From: Prorocentrum cordatum
Lineage: Eukaryota
Direction: 5' to 3'
DNA length: 64,000 bases
Assembly (NCBI GenBank): GCA_963575745.1
Contig: CAUYUJ010000026.1
Coordinates: 558,001-622,000 of the forward strand
The notes under the pieces are model-generated. The model saw only the letters and a program-made list of their open reading frames with translations, ran no database searches and was not told where the DNA came from. This document shows positions 12,480-23,475 of this stretch, one piece after another. A program made the translations under genes and the position numbers. Each line of letters begins with the position of its first letter. Position 1 is the first letter of the stretch.

Positions 12480-13200
12480 CTGCAAGGACCTGCTCGGCCC
12501 CACTCGGATTTCGCTCACAGGAGGTCGCCGTGCTTGTGCGCGGAGTTGTTGCGCCGCGTGATGGACTGCGATCTGACTGAGTGGAGATTGTCTGGAGAGG
12601 TGTCGCGTGGGCTATTCTTTTTATTCAAGAAGTCAGGGAAGTGCCGGTTGATCGTGGGCGGCCGATTACCTTCGTGTCATTTTCGAGATAGCGGCCCAGT
12701 TTCCCTGGCGTCTGGGGCCGCCTTTTCGGCTATCGAAGTAGACGGCAGCTCTCCCATCCAGGTCGGCTCGGTCGAAATCGCCAATGCGTTCTGCAACGTG
12801 CAGTTACCCGAACCTCCCAGATATATGTTTTGTCTTCTTCGAGTCCGCGCCGATCTGGTTGGCGTCGCGTCGGTCCACGGTCGGGCCGTTCGGCGCGGGC
12901 AATTTATATTTCCTGCGCTGTAGATGACCCCCGCGGGATGGAAACTGTCTTTGCGGGCCTGCCAGCAAGCACTCGAGCATCGAGCCCGTTCAGTGCGAGG
13001 GGTGACCGAAAACAACGCGGTGCTTGATCATGCTCCTCCCCCTGGCCTGTCCTCCTTTGCTCACGCGGAATATGTCGACAAATTCTTTGCCTTCGCTAGG
13101 GATCGAGTGGTGGTCGCATCGGTGGCCTCTGTCGAGCGAGAGCTTCATCGCGTTGATCTCCCGGCTCATCCTGCCGCAGCTGGGGCAGGGGTGACCGCTT
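12480..13200 (+). pseudogene. DIRS-type reverse transcriptase, disrupted
   Basis: GLFFLFKKSGKCRLIVGGR, EIANAFCN, (stop)MTPAGW, HAEYVDKF correspond to FxVxKKxGxxRLIxD, DxxxAFY, PMGW, YVDN. In-frame TAG at 12921. Confidence 0.85.
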
Positions 13201-13499
13201 TGGGGCGGATTTTTCTCGGAGGAGAATGCAGCGGCGGGGGTGGGCCCTCGGGCGGCCTGGTGGATTCGCTCGGTTATCCAACAGGTTCTGCAGGGGGGAT
13301 TCGTGAGTGGGGGGGCTCTCGCGGTCATCGTGTCAAACTACACTACTCGTGCCCTGTTGCGACGTGCGCTGTTGTGCGCGTTCTCCGCCTGCTATTCTTT
13401 TGCAGCTGACGCCGTTCCCCATCGCCGACGTTTCCGGGCTGCCGTTCGCCGAGCTTCGCCGGGCGTCCTCGCTGATCTTCTCAACGTCTCGAGACCTAG

Positions 13500-14090
13500 G
13501 CGCGGTCTGGGCGGGGGAGGTCTCGGCGGTAGATGCGTCGTTTTGGGGCGGGTGCATCGTGCAACAGAGTCTCCGGGCTTGGTGGAACAGATGGGTCAGT
13601 ACAATGAGAGGTGGAGGTTTTCCCGTCAAGACGAATTAGCCACTCGTCCTCGGGAGCATGCGCTAGCTCTGGCTACTCTTGGAGGCTGTCCTTCCGATGG
13701 CGTTGCTCCTGAGGCCCCTGCTGATCCCCCACGGCCTCCCGGCCCCATCCTGCCCCCAAACATCGGCTCTGGCGCGCGGGGCGGGATCTGGAGCCGGGTC
13801 CTCGCCAAGAGATGGTCCCAATCGGGGGCTCAGGTGATCCTCGACGGCCGCGTCGTGGTCCTGGCCCACCTCCACCATGCGCGCTCCCTGGCTAACTTCG
13901 GGGAGCGCCACCTCTTCCTTGGTGGCGCGATGGCTAGCATCCCGGCCATCTCTGAGGGTCGATCGTCTTCGAAGCTGATGTGGATATGCTAGATCGCCGG
14001 CCTGAACTTGGCCTTCGGCGCGTCATCCCGTCGGCGTTGGCCCCCTTCAGAGCACAATCCCGCAGGCCGCGGCTCAAGGCGGTGGGCTGG
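13500..14090 (+). pseudogene. DIRS-type RNase H, disrupted
   Basis: AVDASFWGG, RHLFLGGAM, GRSSS, RWPPSEHNPAGRGSR match DAS..G, L..D, GRS.S and RWxPSExNPADxxSR, with frameshifts and stops. Confidence 0.8.
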
Positions 14091-14399
14091 TGACGGGGCC
14101 GAGGCCTCCACTGTGCAGCGAGAGCCCGACGGACTTGATCCGCCGCCGCCGGCGCCGCGGCTTGCCCCCTGGGGCGACGACGGCTGCGGCCAGCGCGACC
14201 GACGAGCCCGCGCTTTTGATGCCCGGCTTGGCCTTCGGCGCTGAGGTCGGCCCCGCCCTGGGCTACTGCGCCCCGCGCGGCGCCGCCAGCGACGCCTCGG
14301 GCGGCGCGCGGGAGGCGGCTCTCGGGGGGCCGTGCTGCCCCAGCCCGCGGGGTCGAGCCCGATCTCCGAACCGCGAGGGCGACGCGCCGCCGAAGGGAT

Positions 14400-15300
14400 C
14401 GCGATCAAGTTCTTATCGTCGACGAGAACAGCGCGTTCCAGCTCGAGGGGCCCGCAATCCGGCGCCGGCAGAGGGCGCGACGCCTGCGCCTTGCACCGCC
14501 GCGCGCGCGGAGGCGTCAGATCGCCGCCCGCTCGACGCGCAGGGCCCGCCACCTCGTGCAGTCGAAGGAGGTCCACCTGATCGACCAGTCCCTCGCAGGG
14601 CCCGCGAGCTCCGCTGGCTTGCTCCTCCCGCTGACCGCGCGGACCTACTGCCGACGCGGCCTGCCTGCCAAGGCGCCCGCGCTGCCTCGGGCCTGGCTCG
14701 CGCCGGCGGGGTTCTTGGAGGCTGCCCCCCCCGCCCCCGGCGGCTCCTGCCCCGGCTGCTTGCGGCGCCGAAAGCGGAGAAGCGGGGCGACCTTGCACGG
14801 CGGCGCGCCGCCTGCGCGGCCTTGCAGGATCTCGCGTTTCGTTTGCGCCCTTCGGGGCCTACCCGCCCGCGGGCGAGGGGCACGGAACCACCTCCCGTCA
14901 GGGGGCAGGGGATAGGAGCGACGCGGCCCCCCCCTGCTGTTTGCCGTGGAGGACGCCCTGCCGCCGAGGACGAGCGAGTCGGCCAAGCTGCTCAGCTGCG
15001 ACCGCCTGGAGCCCCGGCGGGCCGAGAGCCCGCCGGCGCTGCCCCGAGTCGGCAGAGACGTTGCGCCGCCGCTGCCCGACCAGAGGTTCACGATCTGGGC
15101 CGCCCAGTTCTCCCGGGTCGTGGTCGATGTGGGCCCCGTGGTGCCCGAGCCACTCCAAGCGCGCCTGCGGCGGCGCGGGGTGGCATGCCGCGGGCTGGCC
15201 GCGCGGGGCCGCCCCGCAACGGAGATCGTGAAGCACGGGTTCGGGGCGGACGACAGCAGCGCGCGCCGCTACCACAGCGCGCTCGCGCTAACCCTGCTGC
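14400..15300 (+). pseudogene. Tyrosine recombinase, disrupted
   Basis: LPRAWLAPAGFLEAAPP, AFRLRPSG (box I, LRPxE) and EIVKHGFGADDSSARRY (box II, RGxWxSxxSVRRY) lie in shifting frames. Confidence 0.72.
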
Positions 15301-15405
15301 AGCTGGCCTCGGCCGACGCGCGGCAGCAGGCCCTCGCCGTGGCCGCCGGAATCAGCTCGAGGGTCTTGAGGAGGCCGCGCGGTCTGCGCGGGTGACTGGT
15401 AATCA

Positions 15406-16120
15406 GATTGCACTCGAGATATTTTCAGGCTCAGGTCGTTTAGCAAACGCCTGGCGGCTCTGTGCAGCTCTTCCGCATAACATGATAGTCGAGATTGATG
15501 TCAGGCATGGACCACACTTCGATCTTCTGAATGAAAGGCACGTTCGGAAAATTCGAGGGCGGGTGCGAGCTGGCCTCATTTTCTTCATCTGGCTCGCCCC
15601 TCCTTGCTCTTCATTATCTGCCCTGCGTTGTCTGTTCTCTCCTGTCCGTTCGCGTGCCTTTCCTCTCGGCCTTCCTTTCCTGCCCGCTTCTGATCAACGG
15701 ACGGTCAACTCAGCCAACCGTTTGTGCAAAGTCGCTGCCGGCCTTTTTATACCCGTGCCGGAAGCTATGCATCCTTTGTGTAGTTGAGAATCAGCATTCG
15801 AGCTTGTTGTGGAACGTTCGTGCCTTTGACCTCTTCTTCGGTCGGCTGACATGCAGTGTTGCGTCACAGACTACTGCGCCTGGGGAGCTCCCTGGCGCAA
15901 ACACGCACGTTTCATGTGCGGTCATATCGCTTGCCGGTCGCTTTCGAAGACATGTTTTGGCCGCGGCGTCTGTTCTTTCTCACACAGAAGACACGTACAG
16001 ATCTTGGGCAACCATCCCTGCGGCATCAAATGCAGTAAGCTGGCAGAGCCCTATCCCGCTGCGCTGTGCTCTGCCTTCGTTCGCTGTGTGGCTAACCAGT
16101 ACTATAGCTCGCTTGTCTAA
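15406..16120 (+). pseudogene. Retrotransposon-borne C5-cytosine DNA methyltransferase, frameshifted
   Basis: LEIFSGSG (motif I), EIDV, WLAPPCSS (motif IV PC), VVENQ (VI), DYCAWGAPWRK (VIII-like), EPYPAALC (X-like) split across three frames. Confidence 0.82.
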
Positions 16121-16191
16121 TTAATCGGATAACCAAGTGCCTACGGCCAGTCGGTGCTTTGGAGCATTTCCGGAGATGTCGAGTCGCCTAA

Positions 16192-16564
16192 CTTGAGAAT
16201 ATTCAAGCGCGGCCTCTGGTATGTTTCTCGTGGCCCGGCTGCCGGGCCAACTGCTACTGGGAGGGCGTCTCTGCGCCCCCTCCGGCCTCGAGAAAAAGGG
16301 AGCTCACATTGTCAGTGTTCAGAACGTGGTTGTTAGCCGATGTCTCGGGGGTGGGCCGTCTTGAAGGTCGCAGCGTCTCTCGCTCCCGCGGCATTGATTG
16401 CACAAGCGCCCTCCCTAGTATTCCCACCTTGCGGATCTGCACAGATGTCCTTGAGAATCTTCAAGCGCGGCCTCTGGTATGTTTCTCGTGGCCCGGCTGC
16501 CAGGCCAATTGCTACCGGGAGGGCGTCTCTGCGCTCCCTCCGGCCTCGACAAAAAGGGAGGTCA
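16192..16564 (+). repeat. B1-A2-B2 terminal repeat block of YR retrotransposon
   Basis: cttgagaat.ttcaagcgcggcctctggtatg...aaaaagggag.tca occurs at 16192 and 16450, flanking the A2 copy. Confidence 0.92.
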
Positions 16565-16626
16565 TACATATATATACATATATACATATGTATCTACATC
16601 TGTATAAATGTCTATATATATACACA
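16565..16626. repeat. (TA)/(CATA)-rich microsatellite
   Basis: Direct; abuts the right end of the YR element. Confidence 0.9.
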
Positions 16627-17079
16627 TTCGGGGTGGGTGCGTCTGTAGACAACGCGGCCGATGCGTTCGGCGCAGTTCAAGGTCTGAAAACTGGTAGATC
16701 CGTCTACGGTATGTTCCTGTTTTAGAGAAAGTCCCACATGGCAGTCCAATGCCGACAGTGGCCGCGAATCGGCCGGTAATGAACAATGTGCGGTATCGGA
16801 ACGCGTTGAACTCAAGCGCGGGCGTGAAAGATGAAACGGCGCCAGTGGCTGCGATTCGGCCGATCATTGAACGATGTGCGGTAGCGGAGAGCGTCGATCG
16901 TCCAAGGTTGAACCATCCACGCGGTGGCTGAGACCAGTGCCGGAGCCAACACGGCACGGAATCCGCAGCACCTGTGTACGACGTGTGCGTCGGCCCCCCA
17001 CGCAGGGGCGTCGCGCATGGGTGGGACATCTTTTGCTGTCGGCTCGGCGGCGGGCGTTCTCTGGCCGTACGATCTGTGC

Positions 17080-17264
17080 TGGACCTGTTTTCCACCACCA
17101 CGACCACGAGTTGGAGGGGGGAAGGAAGAAGGAGGAGGACGAGGAGGAGGAATAAGAGGAGGAGGATGAGGAGGAGGAGGAGGAGGTGGAGGTGGAGGAG
17201 GAGGAGATGGAGGACCACCTCCCTCTCCAACTTGTGGTGGTGGTGGTGGTGGAAGACAGGCCCA
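17080..17264. mobile_element. Family D: ~42-bp inverted repeats enclosing a (GGA)n tract
   Basis: ggacctgttttccaccaccacgaccacgagttggagggggg ... ccctctccaacttgtggtggtggtggtggtggaagacaggccca. Right arm also at ~4365-4409 and ~48935-48978, each after a GGA-rich run. Confidence 0.65.
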
Positions 17265-17738
17265 TCGATCTGGGCAAAAGGATGTTTTCCTCGGGCAGTG
17301 CTTCCACGTAAGAGGTTATCCCTGTTCCGGCCATCCCAGGTTTTCGCCGCATGGCCGCCTCGTGGGCGCCCCGCGGGGGATGCGCCGAGGCTGCACCGCG
17401 TTGGCCGCCCCTGCCGCTTTGCGGGCGCCCCGTGCGCCGGGTGGGCTGTTCCCGAGGTTGCCGCCTCGTGGGCGCCTCGCGGGCGCCCCGTGCCCTGAGC
17501 TCAGACACGACGCAGGTTTCACCACACAGTTTTTTTCCGCATGCGGCTTGCGCACCGTGCGTTCCGAAGCGAAGGTCCTGCACAGCACGGCAGCACGGCT
17601 CGCACCGCGCAGCACACTACCTATGCGACACAGATTGCACCACATGCCTCACACAGCACAGCTGCCATCTCCGCAGGGCAAGAGCTCGCCGAGCGCGTTC
17701 CACTACTCGCAAAGTGCCTACTCGCCAACGTCTGAAAA

Positions 17739-17828
17739 ACACACACACACACACATACACACACATACACATACACACACACATACACACACATTCACAC
17801 ACACACACATTCACACACACACACACAC
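17739..17828. repeat. (CA)n microsatellite
   Basis: Direct. Confidence 0.95.
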
Positions 17829-18028
17829 GTCTGCTCTGATGTAACTGATCGTAGGCCCCCCGCGGGGGATCCAGGCCATTTGCGCGTAGTCTGCGAGCAG
17901 TGGAACGCGCCGGTCTGAGAACGCATCATTTGGGTCCCACGTTGGCCAGGGCACGTTGTAACATGTGCCGCGCGGTCTGCTCCGGCTCGGAGGTGCGCCT
18001 CCTGGGGAGACACGTCGCACGAGGCTGT

Positions 18029-18192
18029 CTTTCAGAAGGGAAAAAACCACACAGACAGAATGAATCGTCGTTTCCCAGAAAAGATGGGAAAACATGGGAA
18101 GTGGGGGGGAAGACAAAAACACAGAAAATATTGGGGAATATGGGAAATCATGTTATTTGAGTGTATTCATTTGTGTGTCCCAGGGCCCCTTC
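18029..18192 (+). repeat. Interspersed repeat family H (~165 bp)
   Basis: ctttcag..gaaaa..cacagaca...catttgtgtgtcccagggccccttc; second copy at 19381-19544. Confidence 0.75.
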
Positions 18193-18242
18193 AGTCTCCC
18201 TGCGCCCCGGAGGAGCCCCCACCCCACGCGCGCTGGCAGGCG

Positions 18243-18326
18243 CCACTGGCTGGCGCCGCGCAGGCGGCGGGCGCGCCCAGCGGCGCGCCCGGCGACGGGC
18301 CAGCTAGCGCTGGGCAGGTCGTGAGA
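18243..18326 (+). repeat. Family E: GC-rich ~84-bp element followed by (GGA)n tail
   Basis: Three mismatches to the reverse complement of 47049-47134; both end ..gggcaggtcgtgag(agg)n. Confidence 0.8.
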
Positions 18327-19047
18327 GGAGGAGGAGGAGGAGGAGGAGGGAGGAGGAGGCGGAGGAGGCGGAGGCGGAGGAGGAGGAGGAGGCGGAGGAG
18401 GAGGAGGAGGAGGAGGAGGAGGAGGAAGAGGATATGATGAGCCGCAAAAGGCCCGGGGTCGTCACGATCGGAGCCTGGGCGACGACTACCCCCAGTGGAA
18501 GGGGTCCAGACCCCTGCAGACGCGGAAGGGAGAAATCACAACGTCGGATGCCAGGGAGTCGGAGGAGAAGAAACGACATGGCGCAGGGATGGGACGTTGA
18601 GGACAGAACGACTCCGAGTGCAAAATTTTTGGCTCCCTCGCCCAAGGCGAGGAATCGGCTGCACGTTCACGCGTGGTCCTTTCCAAAAAGGCCTTCTGGT
18701 GCGGGTCCCTTTGTGGCCCTCCGATCGGCTGATGCGATTTGACAGCCGCGCCTGCTCAGCTTTGGGGCCCCTGCGGTCACCTTCAGCCGCGTGCAAGAGG
18801 TCACCCTGACGTGTAGCACGGAGGAAAATGGAACGACGTTGTTGCAGCCAGGGCGCCGAAAGAAGGAGCAGATTTGGTTCGGAGTGGGCCCGCTGATCCT
18901 TGGGTGCTCCCGCTGCAATTTCTTCTTCTGCTCCTCGCGCATCGAGGTCTCCTGGAGGCCGCAGGCTTTGTTCCGTTACTCGGGGCGCCTCGTGGTGGTA
19001 GGACTGCAAGCAAAACATGGTCGAAGGCCCGCATGGGATGCTTCAAC

Positions 19048-19168
19048 CTGCGCTGGACCCCCTCGGGCGGCGCCTCCAGCGCCGCTCCTTGGCGCGCTCC
19101 GCGCCGCCAGGAGGGGCCCAGCGCCGATCCGAGAAATCCGCGCGGACCTCCGAGAGCTCGTGAACGTA
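19048..19168 (+). repeat. Palindromic repeat family B copy
   Basis: gcgctggacccc..gcgcctccagcgccgc..ggcccagcgccgatccgagaaatccgcgcggacctccga. Further copies at ~24620-24766, 25941-26072, 44441-44552. Confidence 0.7.
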
Positions 19169-19605
19169 TCTAGGGGCGTTCCAAAAAGGGCTCTGCATGC
19201 GAGGGTCGGGGGAGTTGCCATCTCTGCCGCGGCGGGAGGTCGGCGGAATCAAAACGAGGCCGACTCCGCCGGCGGAGGCCGGCGGACGGGCGGCGGAAGG
19301 CGGCGGAGGGACAAGATGCGCCCCGCAGACATGAGCATGTTTTTTTCTTTTTTTGGCTCAGGGCTTCCGAGATCGCCCCTCTTTCAGGAGGGGAAAACCC
19401 ACAGACACAATTACTCGTCGATCCCAAGAAACTATGGGAAAATATGGGGAGCGGGGGAAAAGACGAACACCCAGAAAATATATGAAAATAGGGGGACTCT
19501 CCTTATCCATGTGTGTTTGCATTTGTGTGTCCCAGGGCCCCTTCCAAAGACATGGGCACGGTTTTTGTTGGCTCGGGGCTTCCGAATGCGCCCCGTCGGG
19601 GCTTC

Positions 19606-19637
<32 letters not shown>

Positions 19638-21360
19638 GAGGAGGAGGAGGAGGAGGGGAGGAGGAGGGGAGGAGGAGGAGGCAGGGGAGGAGGAGGAGGA
19701 GAGGAGGAGGAGAGGAGGAGGAGGAGGAGGAGGAGGAGGAGGAGGAGGAGAGGAGGAGGGGAGGAGAGGAGAGGAGGAGGGAGGAGGAGAGGAGGAGGAG
19801 GAGGAGAGAGGAGAGGAGAGGAGGAGGAGGAGGGAGGAGGAGGAGGAGGAGGAGGAGGAGGAGGAGGAGAGGAGGAGGAGGAGGAGGAGGAGGAGGAGAG
19901 GAGGAGGAGGAGGAGAGGATGAAAGGAGGGGAGGAGAGGAGGAGAGGAGGAGGAGGAGGAGGAGGAGGAGGAGGAGGAGGAGGAGGGGAGAGGAGGAGGA
20001 GGAGGAGGAGGGGAGGGGAGGAGGACGACGAGGAGGAGGGGAAGAAAAGAAGAAGCAGAGGAGGAGGAGGAGGAGGAGGAGGGGAGGAGGGGGAGGGGAG
20101 GGGGGTAGGAGAGAGGAAGAGAGGAGGAGGAGAGAGGGGAAGAGGAGGGGAGGAGGGGAGGCGGGGAGGAGAGGAGAGGAGAAGAGGAGGAGGAGGAGGG
20201 AGGAGGAGGAGAGGAGGAGGAGGAGGAGGAGAGGGAGAGAGAAGGAGGGGAGGAGAGGAGAGAGAGGAGAGGATGAGGAGGAGAGGGGGGGGAAAAGAGG
20301 AGAGGAGGAGGGAGGAGGGGAGGAGGAGGGGGAGGAGGAGGGAGGCGAAGGAGGAGGAGGAGAGGGGAGAGAGAAAAGAAGCAGCTGGTGAGGGTGAGGG
20401 GGAGAGGAGGAGGAGGAGGAGGAGGAGGGGAAGGATGAGGAGGAGGCGGAGCGGAGATGGAAGGAGGATTATGATGATGATATGAATGATGATGTGATGA
20501 TGATGATGATGATCTGATGATGAGATGATGGATGATGATGATGATGATGATGAGAGGGAGAGGAGGGAGGAGGAGGAGGGAGGAGGAGAGGTGGAGGAGG
20601 AGGAGGGGGAAGGGAGGAGGAGGCGAGGAGGAGGAGGCGGAGGAGGAGGCATCATAATAATAACACGAATACTAATAATCATGATAATAATAACAACAAT
20701 ACGAATACGAATACTAGTATTAACAACAATATTAATAATAATAATAATAATAATAATAACAATAACAATAAGAATAATATTATTTACAATAATGACAACA
20801 ACAATGATATTAATAATAATGATAATAATAAAACTAATAATAATATTACTAATAATAAGAATACTAATAATAATAAACAGGAGGATGATGGTGCTGATGA
20901 TGATGATGAGGAGGAGGAGGAGGAGGATACGGAGGAGGAGGAGGAGGAGGAGGAGGAGAAGAAGGAGGAGAAGAATAATAAGAAGCAGCTGGAGGAGGAT
21001 GAGGGAGGAGGAGGAGGAGCGGAGGAGGGGGAGGAGAGGAAGAAGAAGAAGAACAGGAGGAGGAGGAGGAGGAGGCGGAATAATAAGAAAAAAAAGCGGA
21101 GGAGGAGGAGGAGGCGGAGGAGGAGGAGGAGAGGAGAGGAGGAGGAGGAGGAGGATGAGGAGGAGGAGGAGGAGGAGGAGGAGGAGGAGGAGGAGGAGGA
21201 GGAGGAGGAGGAGGAGAGGGGAGGAGGAGGAGGAGGAGAGGAGGAGGAGGAGGAGGAGGAGGAGGAGGAGGAGGGGGGGAGGAGGAGGAGGAGGAGGAGG
21301 AGGAGGAGGAGGAGGGGGGGAGGAGGAGGAGGAGGCGGAGGAGGAGGACGAGGAGGAGCG
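19606..21360. repeat. Compound microsatellite (GGA)n-(ATG)n-(AAT)n-(GGA)n
   Basis: Direct; source of the poly-R/E/G/I/L/P ORFs. Confidence 0.95.
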
Positions 21361-21520
21361 TGCCCGTCTGAGCGCAGGGGGCCCCGCGCTTGGCACCGGA
21401 GCACCGCGGCGGCCGCGCCGGGGCGGCGGGGGGCTGGGCGCCGCACGTGCGGCCCGTCGACCTGGAGCTGAGGCGCGCCCTGGTCGAGCAGTGGCGAAGC
21501 GTCCTGGCGTGCCTAGAGTT

Positions 21521-21670
21521 AAGTCGGGCCTGTCCCTCTACAGGGGGAAAAGTGAAACAATGAAACAAAAAAGTCTGAGGATTATTTTTGACCATTAGTG
21601 AGCATCTTTTGGGAACTTTTGGAGTATACTTAATTTTTCGTCCAAAATCCCCCTGTAGGGGGACAGGCCC
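21521..21670 (+). mobile_element. MITE-like family A copy
   Basis: aagtcgggcctgtccctctacaggggga...tccccctgtaggggggacaggccc; right TIR truncated. Confidence 0.75.
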
Positions 21671-23383
21671 TGGTCAAGCAGGGGCGAAGCGTCCTGGCGT
21701 GCCTAGATCGGCACGAACGAAATGGGCACGGAAAGAATGAGTAGAATGCCCAACAGCGGTTCCTGTTCATTTTGAACAGGGCTCGCTGTCGGTGTCGCCG
21801 AGGCCTGTGTCCAGTTGAGACAGAAGGCCGCCTTCCCAACAGCGGCCGCTGTTGGTTTGGGGCAAGATCTGTTGTTGGACATTGTGCCCATTCTTTCCGT
21901 ACCCACTTCGGGCGTCCAAACTAGAGGCGTACCAAGCAATGTTCTAAACATTTGTTGTGGCTTCCACGAAATGTTCTTAGAACAGTTCTGGCCGGGGCTG
22001 TCGTGTTTCAACACATCGGGCTTCTGTTCTAAGAGCATTGGTTTTTGTTCTTTGAACAGGTATGGGTTCTAAGAACATTTCGTGGTAGGCCTAAAGGAAT
22101 GCTGGGACGGTCGGTCCCTGCTCAAATATGCGCGTCGCACCCCACAGGGGCGAGGCGCGCACCGAGGAATATTATAGTACATATGCGTTGTGGCGGGCGT
22201 TGCCTGGCCACACCGCTCGGGGAACGATATATACCACAAGATGGATTTTCCATATGTTCGGGTCGGACGCGCGCCTCAAGGAGGACATATCGTACTAGTA
22301 TGTCTCTGTGCGTCCCGCGGGCGCGGAGCGGGCTCTGCCGGATCTCGGTGGGCTTCCGAGCGGCGAAATGCAGCGAAGGGTCTCCGAGGAGCTCGCAGCG
22401 GCGGGAGTCCGCGGCGGGCCTCAGTGGATCTCAGTCTATCCCTGGGGCCACTGTCGGGCCGAGCCAAAGGGGGAGGTAGCGAAAGGGGGGGCACTGAATC
22501 TGCTGCGTGCAGCTGGTTTCGGCCCCGCCGCCGGGCCCATTCCTCCATACACGGGCGCCTCCAGGCGCCAGGAGGCGCTGGGAAAGTCAGCTACGTGAGC
22601 TGCTTCTCTACCCTACCCTCTGCTATCCCCCCCTTTCGTCCCCCCCCCCGACACTGCGAGAGGCAGCAGTGCATCTCAGTGGGTCCAAAGTTGGTCTCGG
22701 TGGATCTCCGGGGCGACTGCGAGATAGCAGCGGATCTCAGTGGGTCGAAAGTGGGCGTCGGTGTATTTCTGGGGTGGCTGCGAAATAGCAGTGGGTTTCA
22801 GTGGATCGAATGTGGGTCTCCGTGGATTCCTGGTCTGCGGGTCATGGCGCAGTGGGAGCGATCGAAAGTTCGCGGCCAAGACGCTGAAACAAGAACCACT
22901 CGGGGATTGGGAGGGGCTCTGATTTTCCAGTCGTTCCTTCGATCTAGGTCTGGGAACCTATTCGCAGCCGAGGCTCGCCGCGACCAGAGCAGCTCCTGGG
23001 TTTCCTAAATTCAGGGTTCCCCATTGTAGCACGATGTCTGCAACTCCTGCTCCAGACCGCGTTTGACCCGTGCAGCACAGGGGAAAGGGACGTGGTGGGG
23101 GGGATGAGGCGAAGGCAGGATGAGGACAAATTCGGACGAGGATAACTGAGGCGGGAGTCTTGGAGGGAGGGCGGATTTGGAGAGCGCATCGGGCGCCGCG
23201 GCCGTTCCAGAGCGCTCCAAACATTGAGAGCGTCCTGCGCATCATGGAGCTATTTATCCTCATCCCTGGCCTGCCCAAGGTGGGGCCCAGCGAGGGCCCC
23301 CAGAGGTTGGAAACAGTAAGAAGCCGTCCGTCCCGTTATGCTCCACGGTGCCAGAGGGTCTGGGCCACCGCTGCCCGCCGGAG

Positions 23384-23475
23384 GCTGCCGGAGTCGGTGC
23401 GGAACCAGCCGGCGCTGCGGAACCACAAGGCGATGTTCCACCAGTACGGCTTCAACCTCAACCTCAGCTCGGCGG
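23384..23475 (+). CDS. Probable stem-region exon of polypeptide GalNAc-transferase-like gene (limits approximate)
   Basis: ..NHKAMFHQYGFNLNLS resembles the GT27 FNxxxS motif preceding the catalytic domain; coding-like codon usage. Confidence 0.55.

Larger units (their letters stand above)
11162..16564 (+). mobile_element. Decayed tyrosine-recombinase (DIRS order, Ngaro/PAT-type split direct repeat) retrotransposon carrying a C5 DNA methyltransferase
   Basis: Repeat layout A1 (11162-11263) ... B1 (16192-16306) A2 (16307-16408) B2 (16450-16564), with internal RT, RNase H, YR and DNMT remnants. Confidence 0.88.

Noticed and set aside
14090..15787. 565-aa ORF as an intact protein
   Set aside because: GC-rich read-through of frameshifted YR and DNMT remnants; only short segments are in the correct frame.
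19432..21598. Long poly-R/E/G/P/L/S/I ORFs here and at 1051-4485, 9973-11252, 27899-29615, 46833-48561
   Set aside because: Translations of (GGA)n, (CCT)n, (CAT)n and (AAT)n tracts, open in several frames on both strands.
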